Shown here: positions 24,157 through 37,899 of the stretch, piece after piece | How positions within the stretch are numbered: the first letter of the stretch is position 1 | Layout: every line of letters starts with the position of its first letter | Source of the DNA: Dicyema japonicum | Taxonomy: Eukaryota > Animalia > Dicyemida | DNA: 64,000 nucleotides | Assembly: GCA_011109175.1 (NCBI GenBank) | Contig: RDEW01000070.1 | Coordinates: forward strand, 1-64,000 | Direction of reading: 5' to 3' | Notes under the pieces: generated by a model | The model's input: only the letters and a program-made list of their open reading frames with translations | What the model was told of the DNA's origin: nothing | Database searches by the model: none | Program-made: the position numbers and the translations under genes

Positions 24157-24420
24157 ATGACTTCGATGCTAAACAACGACTCACCATGTATTATTGCCAT
24201 GTTAGAATATTTTAATCCGAACGGTAGACCTACTTTCCGAGGGAAGTCGAGAAGGAGATTACCAGTATGCCTGAAAGAAGACAACCAGATGATCGGAAAA
24301 AGTTTAAATTCCGTCGACGACTTGGGTGATATTAGAATGCGAGCAAGGAACAAAAGTTCCTGGAAGCTGATGACAGCGGATTGTTTAAAGTATGGCTCAA
24401 GCGAAACCCAACCTTGTCTG
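24157..24420 (+). mobile_element. RTE-like LINE 3' fragment
   Basis: AMLEYF...FRGKSRRRLPVCLKED..IGKSLNSVDDLGDIRMRARNKSSWKL, the same family as 21300 and 59300. Confidence 0.6.
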
Positions 24421-27261
24421 AGCGACGCGAACGAGCTTTTAACTAACTTATGGATCTGGAAAGATACAAGATTAGTGTGCATGCTTACTAGTGAGAAAGG
24501 TTAAAAATGAGTGAGGATGTATTCTACGGAAATTATCGGGTGATATTATGGAAGTATGAAACAAACATAACCTTGTGTAATCTTACAACAAAACACTGCA
24601 GTGGTTTTAACTAAACTCTTATTCATAATATTGGCGATTATTATTTTTCACATGTATGCCGTCAGTTTATGCCGTCATATTTATGAACATGTATGACGTC
24701 AGCTTTATAGTTGTTCCGACTACCTATTAATCGGAAAGGAGGTTAAGCATGATATATCATTTGCGTAGAAAAAAACGAGATAAAAAACAATTAGAAAAGT
24801 TATGAAAATCAATTTAAACTAAATAAAGCCTGATATTATAAAATAAACTATTCAAGGGGGTATGTGATATTAAAGGGGGTATCTGGTGTATTAATTCATC
24901 AACTTAGCATTCTATTCAATCATCTCCCAATAAATCCTGTAGTTTAGTTCTTAGCGGTGTCGCTCGAATCAAGATTAGCTGCGGGTTGAATTCTCACACC
25001 GCTATTTACCTGGTCAAGGATTGAAAGCCATTAAGAGTGGGTCCATTCAAAATAGTTTCAAAGACTTTAAGGTCGTTGAGTTCGAATGCATCATCCATAA
25101 TCTTAAGCCTGGTAAGGTCTAGTATTGTTAGGGTCAAAGTATCAGCATGTTCTTAGATCATTCAAAAGTTCTTTATTTTCCTTAATCACATCTTGAATTA
25201 TTCATATGCAAGGAATTAGTAAATTTATTGAAATAACAATTTCTAGGTGTAGAGCATTAAAAGTCTCCACTACTTGAAAAAGAACTCTCTTTACTTTTGC
25301 ATCTAAGATAACAAAATTGTGCCTGAGTATACTACAAATCGATACTAGCACGGTAGAAAGTAATTCTCCGTATAATCTCCAAATACTGTAACAGTCAATA
25401 AGATTTCAAATTACGACTCTGGGTGTGAGAAAATCTTGATGACCTTCAGCAAACAAGTGCTGAATGTAGTACACATTGATGACCTTCAGCAAACAAGTGC
25501 TGAATATAGTAATGTGTTTCCAAGAAAATTGAACATTGTAAAAATTTTACTCTAGAAATTCGAACGATCACTAAACTCAACGCTAACTCTCTGTATTTCT
25601 CAATTTCTCAAGACGACCATTAGTTGTGGTTGTGGCATTTAAAGAACAAATCTAGCATGATCAAACGTTGAGAAAATTAATTGTACTGTGTCCAGAATTG
25701 TCGAGAGCATCTATCGAGTCTTATGGGTTATGATAAAGGCACCTCTTTGAGTACTTCGTGAGGAATTCGAAAAATCGCCTATAAAACGGGCTTAGAGGGA
25801 TTGCTTCGTATCAGTAGGAAACAAAAGCAAAAGTTGGTGATCCTGACGCGTTTTAAAGAGAGCCCTTATCTAAGCACTGTGATCCATGAGATGTTGTCCG
25901 AGAAGCTTGGTTGAAGCCAGAACTTGTCTCCAAGTGGAATGAAGAAATGGATTCTTCTGAATTGAGCCTCTTTTGGTAAAATAGATCCAATGACGCCACT
26001 ATAGAGAAGGAAGAAAATTTCATGCAGTAGTAATTTTTTTAATGGCCCTCGGACTGTCACATAGAATTTAATTTCTTTTTTGACAGAATTTCACACGACT
26101 TTTGTTCGCAATACCCCCAGATATTGTGACAGTTTAGCCATCAAACTGACTCCTCATTTGAGAGCAAGCTACTATTAGTTAGGGCACATCAACATTTTTC
26201 CTACCTTAAAGTTTTAAGAAATCCATTAATGACTTCCATCATTAGTACGAGGCTATTCCTAATTTTGTGACATGTTAAAGTTATCGATAAAAAAAGAAAT
26301 GGTTCATTAAGAGACAAGGAACTCTTGTTTTCTGCCTGTATTGTAAAATTGATGTAAAACCTCTTTTTGATCTAGCAAGAGATTAATTTTCAAATTTGGG
26401 GTGATTGTACATACGAAACTCGTATTCCACATAGAGAGTTCGGAGTTCATCAGTGTCTCCTTTGAAAAGGGCTACTTAAATCGAATTCCTCTTCAACATC
26501 AATACAATGAACGTAAGAAGAAAGTTATACGTCCCCTTATACTATAGATTGAGAAGAGCCTATTCTTCATTCCTTTGGAACTGCCTTTTAGTCTCCAACA
26601 GGTAGTCTGAATGAAGGTCAAATGTTTTGAATTGAGGTCTAATGCTTTGAATTGAGGTCAATATAGATATAGGTCATTATAGAGATCTTCCATTAACATA
26701 TATAGTGACAAGTTAGGAATACAAGTTATCAATCTTAAATCATTAGAATTGACAGAATCAATGTAATAAATTCTAGACCAAAATCAGGAGTTCCAGGAAT
26801 CGAATCTTGATTCTGTCAATTTGGTTGAAGGTTGCACGAATCTACAATGCTATGTGGTTGACGAGTGACGGCTCTGCTCATCAGTGTTTCGTCACATATG
26901 AAATCGTATAGAGAAGATAAGTACTTGCTGAAAAATTATGGACTCGAACAGGGGCTTCCAGTTTATGAGAATAAAAATGAATTCATCAAGATTTCTGAAA
27001 ATTATCTGCATTAGTGACTTTTTTGTTTATGTCTAATATGCTGATTATTTTTTACACATTTTTGCATATATGCGAAAACTTGCCTTGGCGAACTAAACTG
27101 AAGCGTGGAACCTTTAGTCTACAGCAGCGAGATTTGAACTAGAGGAAATAAAGGCCTTTAGCTCGACACTCGATACACTGCGCCATTATTAATAATAATT
27201 CCAAAAATAAAAATCAACAATAATCCAAATTTAACCAATTTAACAAAATTAAGATTCATAA

Positions 27262-28413
27262 TTATTCTATCTCTATCAGTGGTATGCTACTGGTGAATGA
27301 TTCCAACTGAGATTTTGATTTTGTATAAAAATTCACTACGACTCCTATTACTAGCAGTCCTATAACTCCGCATACGATTCCAATTATTAGATGTTCCCGC
27401 CAATTTTTCGAGGTTGATTTTTTAAACATCCTTCGTCTAAATTTCAATTTGTTAAATACCATTCCGATAAATCCAAAATTCAAATCATTGCGAAAAAGTT
27501 GTAATTTAAAGGACGAAATTTCGATCGACAATCCATCAGAGTAGTTTTGTGAAATTATTCTGCAATGATAGTAATTGCCAAGTTTAATCTTTTTGAAAGT
27601 ATGCTCTATTTCAGAACATTGATCTTTTTTTTTATTTGCAACACAAAAATAATAAATCTGATATTCATCTTCTGAAATTTCTGCGGCAAAATCTATTCTG
27701 AAATTCTTACCCTTCAACGAATATACATTTTCATATTTGTGCAAATTATATTTATTATTATCGAATAACTCATCCACAATCTAAGGATCAACGCACACGT
27801 GTACAATATTGTTATCATCAATATATGATATTTTGATTTTCCCACTCAGTGCTCCTAGGATTCTATTATTCCCAACGAAAAACCAAATTAGTTTATTTGG
27901 GTTACAGTCATTCGCTAAGTAAATTTTAATAGAAACCTATAAAATGCTTCAAATATTTATGATTATTATTGTAGAATTGTAACGTCATAAAATAGATTAT
28001 GAATGAATAATTATTCGAAAAACTGATAGGAGTATTTCCACAGCGGTAGTACTCAACATATTTGGTTTCAGGATCGTTATGTTTTCATTATAACTAATAT
28101 TATCTTAGATAAACTAAGAATCTTACAATGAACCATTTCTATTTCTATTTCAACAGTAAAAGATTCTTCCTTAAATTTTGGAAAAAATATAAGTTTTAAG
28201 GTAGTATTGTCAAAACAAGGGGAAAGTATTAGCCCCTGTTTCGCTTGATGTAGATCTCCATAAAAATAAATTTTTTTCATCTATAATAAACAAAATATAG
28301 ACTTTTTCATGACTACAGTCTAGATATGCATAAAATAATAGCCACCATTCAGATTTCAATTTGACGATTTTGTTGAACAACAAGAATACGATAAAATGTT
28401 TAATCAGGTTCAT
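27262..28413 (-). CDS. LAMP-domain-like type I membrane protein, member C, with two tandem domains (LAMP1/2-like architecture); one 1-nt frameshift
   Basis: Signal-like N-terminus and 22-24 nt introns. Domain 1 ends ..EYYRCGNTPISFSNNYSFIIYFMTLQFY. Domain 2 reads LIWFFVGNNRILGALSGKIKISYIDDNNI|intron|...LGNYYHCRIISQNYSDGLSIEISSFKLQLFRNDLNFG, then TM LIIGIVCGVIGLLVIGVVVNFY and tail ..SSIPLIEIE. G.YY.C..(x~15)..L+.Q.F resembles the LAMP GxSYxC..LQxQAF motif. Confidence 0.65.
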
Positions 28414-28569
28414 GTAATCTAATTATAAATTAAATTAAAATTTATTTAAATTTATAATACAAATATTTAATATTTATTTTTTTGATTCAATATTATTTTA
28501 TTATTTAACAATTTTCATAGATTTAGACGACACTTTAAAAAAAAATTTCAGGTCGAGTCCACTGAGGAC

Positions 28570-30790
28570 GATTTGCTATCACAGCTCACTCTATGGTTTC
28601 CAGCAACTAGAACACTGGCCGTTTTCTTTATTCTTATTATTTATTGATTTAATTACACCTAAATCACGAAAAAGAGGATAAAAGTTATCGTCTAATAAAG
28701 TGATCCCGGTGTCCATACCAGTCCTTTTCCTGCAATTAGCATTGAAGTCCTGGATTAATCTCCACAGACAGTTCTTCAGGAACGAAAAAACCATTAGGTT
28801 TAATAGATCTTGCACGGACCTTGTCGCCTTCTCGATTCGTCGTTGTTTCACCGCAACCATAAAATTATCTGCATACGATGAAAGAATTGTTTTTTTAGTG
28901 TTTGGGGATGGTAGGTAACTGAGGAACATGTGTAAGAGCATTGATGATATTCGTTTTTGCTGTAAGGATCTTCGGGATACTGAGTCAAATGCCTTCTCTA
29001 CATTCACCGAGACCAGCACTGTTCTCTCGTGTGGATTTGGAGTATTCAGGCCGTCCGAATGAATTGAACCAGTTTTGTTAGATGAATTGTTGTTGAGTGT
29101 CCTTCGCGGAATCCGTGTAGAAAAGATGGTAGAGTTATGAAAAGACGGATCTTGAGAAGGACCAGTTTCTAACACAGATAAGGCGCAGATGATGGATACC
29201 GGGCGGTAGAAGGACGGACAGTTTGGTGGTTTGTTTTTCTTCATGATAGGGTATATCAGAGATTTATTCATATTAACAGAATCTTGTCCTCGTTTATTGA
29301 GAGGTTGAAACTTTGTGTTATTGCGGCCGTCGCGGAAGTAGCAGTTCGAGAATGGAGATGTCATCTGAAACGCGGGACGACGAGTTTTTCATTTTCCTGA
29401 TTACTGATTGCACCATCGAAGGGTCGAAAAAAAGTCATGTTGGAACATTTATTCTTTCGACCATTTCCAGAACGAACATTCTGGTCTTTTAAATATGGTT
29501 TATGACTAATTTCACATAGTACTTCATAACGTCATTGGGATTTGGACATGGCTCTCGATGTCTAATTAAATGTAGAGAGCACTATCGATTTCCATAATAC
29601 CCCTTATCGGGCCTCAATGGGGAAGTATTCTTCGTAGCTTTTCTGAGCAAGGCTTCCCAACGTTCTGTGATGTTACGCGAGATTTATTTGTTGTGTTTTG
29701 TGATGTTCCGCGTGATTTCTTTGTTCAGTTTTGATATCCTTTCAGTTATGTCCACTGATTGTCTTTCGAAATTCTTCACTTTGTTTTTCGTTGGATTAGA
29801 TCTTGCGTTTCAGCATCAATTGGGTGTGATGGACGTAGGACCACCCATCGGAATGTATCTTTTGCAAGCTCGGAGTATAATCTCTTTGAGGTATTTGACA
29901 GCAGCGTCGATAGATCCGAAGTTCTCTATCCGGAAGGCCTGAAGGTTTAGTTCGATCAAATGTGTGAAGGTGGGCCCTATTGCCTTTGAGAAGTTCACAT
30001 TGGTTCTCGGAGTTCACATTCATTAACCTATGTTTTGTGGAATCCTCATGAAATCGGGTTCGATGTGAGGTATGAAAACCTCATATTTATCCAGTTGTTT
30101 GTCAGCATACCATTGAGAACTTATCGCATTTAGGTCACCACCAATTAGCGTGTTTTCCAACCTGGTGAATCGTGTGAGTTCGGGGCTGTAGCTGTTGGGG
30201 CATGAAGGTGGAGTGGTATGCACATATTGACAACTGACAATCGGTGAGAGGGTAGGCATAATCTCAGAGTTAGATGTTCCAGTGTGTCATCTTGGCGGGA
30301 GGGGTCCAGGATGTCGTCCGAAATATTTCTGGCAATTATATGATTCCTGATTTGAGTAATAATGCTCCTCCTATATCCATGACCTCTCTCTCGTCTGACA
30401 ACAAAGTATTCGAAAAGTTAGGGTTGATCGCCGTGGGTTAAGTTTCGTCTCTTGGAAGAGAACTATATTTACTGAGTGTTCTATGAGAAAACGTTGTAGT
30501 TTGGCGATTTTTCTTTGGATACCATTGATGTTAATTTGTAATATGACTAGATCTGGTCCAGGATGTTCATTGACATCTCCACAGGAAAGGAGTAGGATTC
30601 GACACCATCCGCCATGGTTGCGGGATAGGGAGTTTGCGACTCTTCCAAAACTTCAAGTGAGCGATGCCACCACGTAGGCGAGTCACACGGCATGAAATCC
30701 AAACACTTGTCTATTCTTGAATTATATGTGATATTGAGAAGTCTCAGTGCTTCGGCGACCGTGGGAACTAAATACATTTAATTACTTGTA
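28570..30790 (-). mobile_element. Degenerate LINE (APE endonuclease plus RT, Jockey/I-like)
   Basis: LIGGDLNAISSQW (endonuclease), KPPNCPSFYRPVS..C, VEKAFDSV and ILSSYADNF (RT). Many frameshifts. Confidence 0.8.
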
Positions 30791-31789
30791 TCTATTTGCT
30801 TTTTTTATGTATCAGACCTCATAGAATCTCAACACATAGAAACGCTTTAAGACAGTTTTTAGATGTCTACCCTGTCTGCATGATTTGTCTCAACTTGAAA
30901 TGTGATGTGTACACATTCAGCTAGATTCTCATGCTCTAAATACAGCGAGATAACTAATCAACTAATCAGGCGACGGTATAGCTAAAAGCGGATAATATCG
31001 AAACTCTGTATAGTAGATAGTTGGGATTATCGTTATTTCTACAGAGATTGCAACACAATTTTCTTTTCCCATTTGTCTGTCGTCTCGAAGAATGCTGAAA
31101 GTGTCCTACTATTTTTAATCAAACAGTACCATTTTCTGAATCTCAACTACGACCCACTTATTTATTGCTGATCGATTAAATAATAAACCTCCAAAAACAA
31201 TTGTTGAATTTTAGATATCAACAAAGCTATTAACCTGACATCGAGACAAGTTCTGAGCAGTAAACTTACCTAAAAATATCGCGTAACAATGAAATTGCAG
31301 TAGCTTACTGTCCCCTTTCTGGTCACCTTGGTCGTTTTTTATAATGCCTACCTACTCTCATTATTGATACCTTGCAAGCGGTGTCCCTGAAGGTTCGGTA
31401 CTATCTCCAGGATTGTTTAATCTCCATCTAAGTAATGTCGAATTGAGATATAAAAAACAATTAGAGACTTGAACAATTATAAAAAAATAATAAAAATAAT
31501 TAAAAAAAATTTGAATTAATATAGCACATTCTTTATATATTGATTGTGGTGCATGTCTCGTGAAAGAGAAAATGTATTATTTATTTGGAAGCAAAAAATG
31601 ATATTGAATGGGTTGATGTAGAAGCAAAAGTAAAATTAATAAAGCAATTGGATTCGAAGATATAAACGTCGACCATTTATTTGATAAATTTGTAAATGTT
31701 AAATCGTTTTTCTCAACAAAAACTATGAAATGGAAAATTATTTATATCCTTCGTGTTACTCCAGGACTCTTTCTAACTCGCTACATACT

Positions 31790-32295
31790 TGCGTGTTAGT
31801 CGCAGACATTAAATAATTTAAATCTAGTCCAATCTCTCAAAGAATTCCCTGGCACAGACCCCCATGGAGCAGAGCTCTCGGTTGTTCGAGCATGCATCTT
31901 CAGCTCATCGATAAAAAGAAGGTGATTTGTATTGAAACAAACTCCCTCACAATCAACTGGTATTTGCTCAAATCGGTCATTATGGCGGGGACTCAAACAG
32001 AGAACAAAGAGCAGCGGAGACATGCTAGGATCCCCCTCTTGAGTTTTACCTCGCCTATCCGCTTCCTATTATAGTTCAGATGAATACTCCACCTATTCAT
32101 CACAGCCACTACAAAGCTGATGAACCACACAGGCATACACAGACTTTGTAGGCACTTGACAAGGTAAGAATGATCAACTGAATCGTAAGCCTTCTTCACA
32201 TTCACCCACATAGACAAAAGTGAGTTTTCGTGAGACTCAGAAGGATTCTCAGATCTTTCAAAGTAATACTGGCGTATAGATGCATCAGTCCACAT
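31790..32295 (-). mobile_element. R4/NeSL-like non-LTR RT fragment
   Basis: WVNVKKAYDSVDHSYL, IGEVKLKRGIL, MSPLLFVLCLSP and NHLLFIDELKMHA. Confidence 0.75.
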
Positions 32296-32344
32296 ATAAG
32301 TAGTGTGAATGACGTAATGATACTGTCGAAGTAATTAAGCATTC

Positions 32345-33299
32345 AACCAATACACATATCCACAATTTGAGACGATTCGCGTCCATCACAATACTATTGT
32401 TATATATTTGAAAAAAGAATCCATTTATGTTAATTTAAAAAGCACGTGTTAATAGCGTTAGAGCTACACTGTTTCAAATATCACTCAGAAATCTTCCTGG
32501 TAATAATTTATTGTAATTTAGACGTGTTTGTATCTCGAAATGTTAATGTGACTCACAATAATGGTGAATATTGTAAATGCAAAGAACTAAGCATTAAAAA
32601 TCAGACAAATTTTCTCATAATTAACGAGTTAAAATTTCAATTTCCGAATCTCTTAAAACAAAGTAAAATTTATCAACAATACTTTGGCATGATAATAAAT
32701 TGTCGTCCTTATAACGGTGTATTTGCACGTTTTGTTCGATAGTGAGTCTTTAAATTGACCAATAGAATCACAACGATGCATGCTACTCGAATTAAGCTTT
32801 AGTGATTTGATTTTCAGTAATTTTTTTTCAAAATTTTTAAAAAGTTCTGGCAAATTTCCACTAAAATTAGAATGTTTTTTTTTAAAAATGGCAAATCTGA
32901 GATTTGGCAAATTTAAGAGAGTTTACTATACATCTATCAACGTTTGCAAAATATCATTTGCATATGCTATCAACGTTTGCAAAATACGAATAACCAAAAA
33001 AGACTACCAAAGTAACTAAACATACAACCGATACTGAGAAAATTAAGAATGGCAAAAAATGACTACCAAAGAGACTAAATATACAACCAATAAATCTGTA
33101 AAATTATTAATAACGAAAAAAAAACTACAAAGTAATTAAACTCATTACAGCAAATTTGTATCCTTTAATAATTCGAGGCGATTTGCGCCTGTCATTGCTG
33201 GATTCGTTATATCGACCATTTTTTGCATTCTTGTCCTTATTTATATCAATTTCAATCATAGAAGAGATTTGTTCAGACATACCTTTAATTATTAACTAA
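32345..33299 (+). pseudogene. LAMP-domain-like family member D, 5' end missing (abuts the RT fragment), frameshifted
   Basis: FVSRNVNVTHNNGEYCKCKEL...LKFQF and C-terminus SRRFAPVIAGFVISTIFCILVLIYINFNHR..SDIPLIIN align with member B. The stalk has internal duplications. Confidence 0.6.
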
Positions 33300-34049
33300 C
33301 ATAGATGTTTTTAACGTTAATAATAACCTTATATTATTCTCTAACATTCTATATTTCCTGCTTTTAATAAAATCGTAATTATGAAATTGGGTCATGTAAA
33401 TAATATTCACTTTAATTTCAAACTTGGAACTCCTTAGCATTAGTAGAGGATAAATTCTGTTGAAAACTACTTCGATTTCCATATTTTTACAAACATTGTG
33501 TTACTTTTTATTTACACCCGGTCTCTTCAAGTGAAAGAAACCGGTGGCTAACAAAAGCGTTACAGCAAGAGCGAACGCTCTCAAAGATTGATTCACAGCA
33601 TTTCCCAGATAACAAATCAGTCCAATAGTCAATTTGAATTTATTATTGATTGAAACTAATTCAGCAGATGTTTCTTTAAATAGTTTTCTCTTTTAGAAAT
33701 GATATCAAAGAATAAACCTGAAGAAAAGAAAAATATCGCGACGGTAAGACGTGTGGATGAAAATGGACGAGTGCGACCTACTTCTCTTACTCTCTTCTTT
33801 AGTGGAAGCCTTTAATGGACAATTACAGGATGGAATTTGATCGGCACAATCATACGTTCTCCCTCGGGTTTCTTCCTTGGAGTAATTAGTGTGACTGCTT
33901 GTGCTATGGTTACAATAGACTATAAGTTTGATTTCAATTTTTATTATTATCTTCAAGATCATTGGGTCAAAAAAAGAAATTAGGTTGTCAGCTAAGTAAT
34001 TCCAGACCGACAAGTCGGTAGAATAGAGAATCATGCATAGCTCTTCTCA

Positions 34050-35620
34050 TTGGACAAGGCATCGGCTCAAACTTTTAGATATTTCGATAGTATATGAAAC
34101 AGGAGGCAGCTCTGTAGACTGGCCGCCTTTAGTTATGTCCAAGGACATAAGTGTTGTCCTTTGATATGGTTCGGGGGAGTTAAATCTTTCCGCAATTAAT
34201 TTTGTGAGGGTTGTGAGGTGTGCTGTGGTCGAATGGTTACCCGGAATCCGTGCGGTATTGAGATTGAATCTTGTACTTTTTCAACCAAGCCTTTGAAGGA
34301 TCCTTGAAACAGGACTCAGAATAGATATTAAGGATTAAATACTTCTTCCATATTTCAGGGATTGCATTGGTGTTAATTGATAGGTTGAAGATATAGGCTG
34401 ATAGTTTCAGGACTCGATGGCCTAGGTGCTTCAGTTCACATGGGCTTCTGAGTTGTTAACTTTGGATATGGCTCTGCGGACATCTGTCTATTAAAGAGGA
34501 TCAAGTCATCGGAGCGTTTCGGTTCAATTTTTTCAGGAATACTTGGTGTTCTTTTGAAAACTTTTTGTAGGAGATAGACGTGTAATATTTTATCAGGCTG
34601 TCGAGTTTGATGTAGAGTTCGCCTTTTCTATCTAGAGAAGATCTTTTGATGTTCTTGATCCACTTCCAGACTCTCTGCATTGGGTTCCTGTAGAGAGCAG
34701 CTTTCGATAGTCTCGTCCATCTATTTACATTTTCTGCCTTTATGTTCTTGTCGATCTCTCTGTTCAGTTCATCGCAAGGGTGTAATTAATTATCGTCTGA
34801 GAGTGTCCTTTCATCCGTGACCTAGTTTTGACCTCCAAAAATATTGGATTGTGGTCACTCCTGGTGTCATATTTCACTGAGCAGTCAATAAGAAGGGCCA
34901 GGAATGGAGAAGACAGTGATATGTCAATGGATGAGGGTTTATCGTTACTTCGAGTAGGTGTTCTTGTATAGAAATCCGGATCGCTGAGTGTGTAAAGACT
35001 GTGAAGGTCCTTAATTAGTATTTTCCCTCTTTTGTCATGGACTTGACCTGTCACCCACAATGGGTGCTTCGCATTGAAGCCATCACAGATAATCACATCC
35101 CTCAGTGATGTGAAGGAGTCAATCTGAGAGCACAGGAAGAGCTGGAACTCAGGTGGGAGATATCCGTTGATTAAAATTATGAAAGTCTTGGGAATCGGAC
35201 TTTGGTACCCACAAGTTCGAGATTTCCACAGTCGTAAGCATACTGTGGACACTGTCAGTTATATCCTCAAACGGAATACCGTTGCGAATTACTGTGAGAA
35301 TGTCCCCACCAAGGTTCCCAGGTCTGTCAAGACGAATTACTGTGAATCCAGGAAATAATTGTGTAGAATTCATGGGGGAAAGTTTAGAATCTTGAATTGA
35401 CAACACATCGATGCAATGTTCTTCAAAAACTTCAGAAGTTCGAGTACCTTTTCTTGATTCCATTTATATTGAGTTGGACTATTCTGGATGGTCCAGAATT
35501 TGCCTCAACGTCTCCGCAACGACACAGGCCTTCTTTATTGTCCACTCGTAAGGATAGGAGAAACAGTGGCTCTTTTCTTCCAAATGCTACTACGTCGTCG
35601 GGGAGCCACGTGACATTTTT
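34050..35620 (-). mobile_element. Degenerate LINE, APE endonuclease region (Jockey/I-like)
   Basis: IDVLSIQDSKL, VIRLDRPGNLGG, VIICDGFNAKHPLW, SSIDISLSS and SDHNPI are APE motifs. Confidence 0.85.
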
Positions 35621-36060
35621 TCAAAGTATTTTTTATTCCAATATTGAAATTTATTTTTAAATATAATCTAAAATGTTTTGATTAAAGACTCACCCTTCTA
35701 CAAAAGTAAACAAATACAAAAATCAACTTGAGGTCAATAAAGCTACTTGAAAACTACCACCTGATACCGCTTACACTGGGAAACGAAATCCTACTATTGA
35801 CTGATCACTTCGAGTATACAATATTTCCATCTTTCACTTCACCGAAATCACCCAACTTTTTCACAACTCAAGTCCACCAACACATATGTCTGATCTTTAC
35901 TGACTTTCACAGTTAATTACGAGTCAAGCAACTGCAATAACCACTTTGCTGTATCGTGAAAATTGAATTAAAAATAAAATAATAAATATTAATTTTTGAA
36001 TATTAATTTTAAAATATTAATTTTAAATAAAACTTACGTTACTTTCTCGTGTGGTCAATA

Positions 36061-37168
36061 ATGGGTAATATTGTACATAATAAATAGAATATATTTGTGA
36101 AACTTGCGGTTTTCTAGACACAAAATTTGTATGTAAGAAATGTCTCTTAAAGGGAAATTTTGCTGAATTGAATTTTACGGGATCTAAGTAATGATGTTTA
36201 AATATTTTCCAGATTTAATGAATTATTCCGCAATTATTTAAATAATCGTCTGAAAAAGGAAAAATTGTTGTTAAGTAAATGACATACTTATTCAGATTAA
36301 ACAAGGAATTGAGGGGGCAAATCAGACATGATTTTGTTTCGGTTCGCTTTGAAGTAATTTTAGCCTGGCAAAATCGGCGGGATTTCTGAAAAGGTAAATT
36401 TCCTAAGGAAAAAACTTGCAATTAAAGAAGAATATTTAAAAACTGGCATTTTTTGGTTTCATTAGAGAAAATCAAAAATTGGAAAATTTTAAATCTGATT
36501 TAAAAAATAAAAAAGCTCAGTTGGAGGAAATTAAGTTCAAATATAAAATTTCCCAAGCTATTGCGCTGAGATTATCAAACTCTTGCGCAAACAAACAGAA
36601 TGATTACAAAACCGAATTTTGCAATTTGTCTGCACGCAGAAAAAGCCTGATAAAAAAGTTATGTTTTGAAATATTATATTTATCGAAAATTAAATTAAAG
36701 TTTGTATTTAACTTTCTTATTTTAGCTTTAATCTCAAAATTCAAATTCGCGACAATTATGGTTGAAATTTTATTCACTTTCAGATTCCAATCTTAGATTC
36801 ATTTTTGAATTTTATTTAAAATTAATTGAAGCCATCTTTAATGTTTATCGCCTTGTTGTCGATTATGACGTTTTTGCTTGTTTTTTTATTTTTAATTTAA
36901 GAATACTCTTATGCGACAATGATTCTTCCGATGAATGGCTAATGAACTTTATTATTTCAATCACAAGTTATTTTAAAAAAGGAGTGACGAATGCTGTGGG
37001 TATCTCATTTTTGGAATACTTGATTTTGCTCTTTGGGTGCATTATGTTATTTTTTGTTAATATTTTAGTGATGATGGGAATTTTAAGGAATTAAGTACTA
37101 TTGAATTTCCGTATATTTACTTTTCGGCTGTTTTAGCACCACAAATGAAACTTAGTAATTTTTTATAG
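36061..37168 (+). CDS. ATG14: ATG14 (Barkor)-like autophagy PI3K complex subunit, shortened; 3' boundary approximate
   Basis: Introns at 36065-36087 (23 nt), 36188-36212 (25 nt) and 36275-36295 (21 nt) give MEYICETCGFLDTKFVCKKCLLKGNF (CxxC..CxxC..GxF, as in animal ATG14). A coiled coil with ENQKL and NLSARRKSLIKKL follows. At least one 1-nt frameshift. Confidence 0.65.
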
Positions 37169-37899
37169 TTTTTTTTTTATTTTAATAATTTTTTTATTTT
37201 AGCACAACAAAAGAAACTTTTTTTAAAAAATAAATATATAAATAAAAAAGTAAATACTTCACGCAGAGCCATATTACTTATACTTCTACCTAGGCAGGGC
37301 ACACAATTTATTTAAGTAAAGAACAGTGATGAGAGAGAATTTAGTTCCGTAGTGACGTGTCACTGATGACGGCGTTACTCGTTAATAATAAATATATGTA
37401 ATCTTATAAACCGAACCATATTATATAATTGACTAACATAAGCAATTTCCAAGTCTAAGGAACGGGGGATAGATTCGTTCCGTAGAAAACAGCCTAGACT
37501 TATGATCGGATTGAATTGATGTATGGAAATAGACAAGAATGCTTTTATAATGTCTGTTTCACTGGTCCTTTGAGTCTCGAGATCACTGATTGAGATTGAG
37601 GCTCTTTGGACATAAATTGAGATTTGAAATAGATACCCTAGCTAATATAGCGATGGGGAGTACTTCGTTAAGACTGAGTGACGTTTCTATGAACGTCCAT
37701 GAGTCACATTTTTGTGATACTTGCTGCTGATCTCTAGTACTTTAAAAGAAAGTGGAGAATATTTGGACTTGAGAGAGGTTGCACACGACCACGGAAGGTG
37801 TAATCGCGTAGTTTGATGGTTTCTAACTCCGCACGAGTCAAACTACATAGTGTTGCTTTATTAATAATAATTTTTTAGAAAACACCGTCATTATTTCCT

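Noticed and set aside
25436-25510. 40-bp direct duplication; also a 20-bp duplication near 26625-26662 and a 15-bp one near 55415-55455
   Set aside because: These are ordinary local slippage duplications inside decayed sequence.
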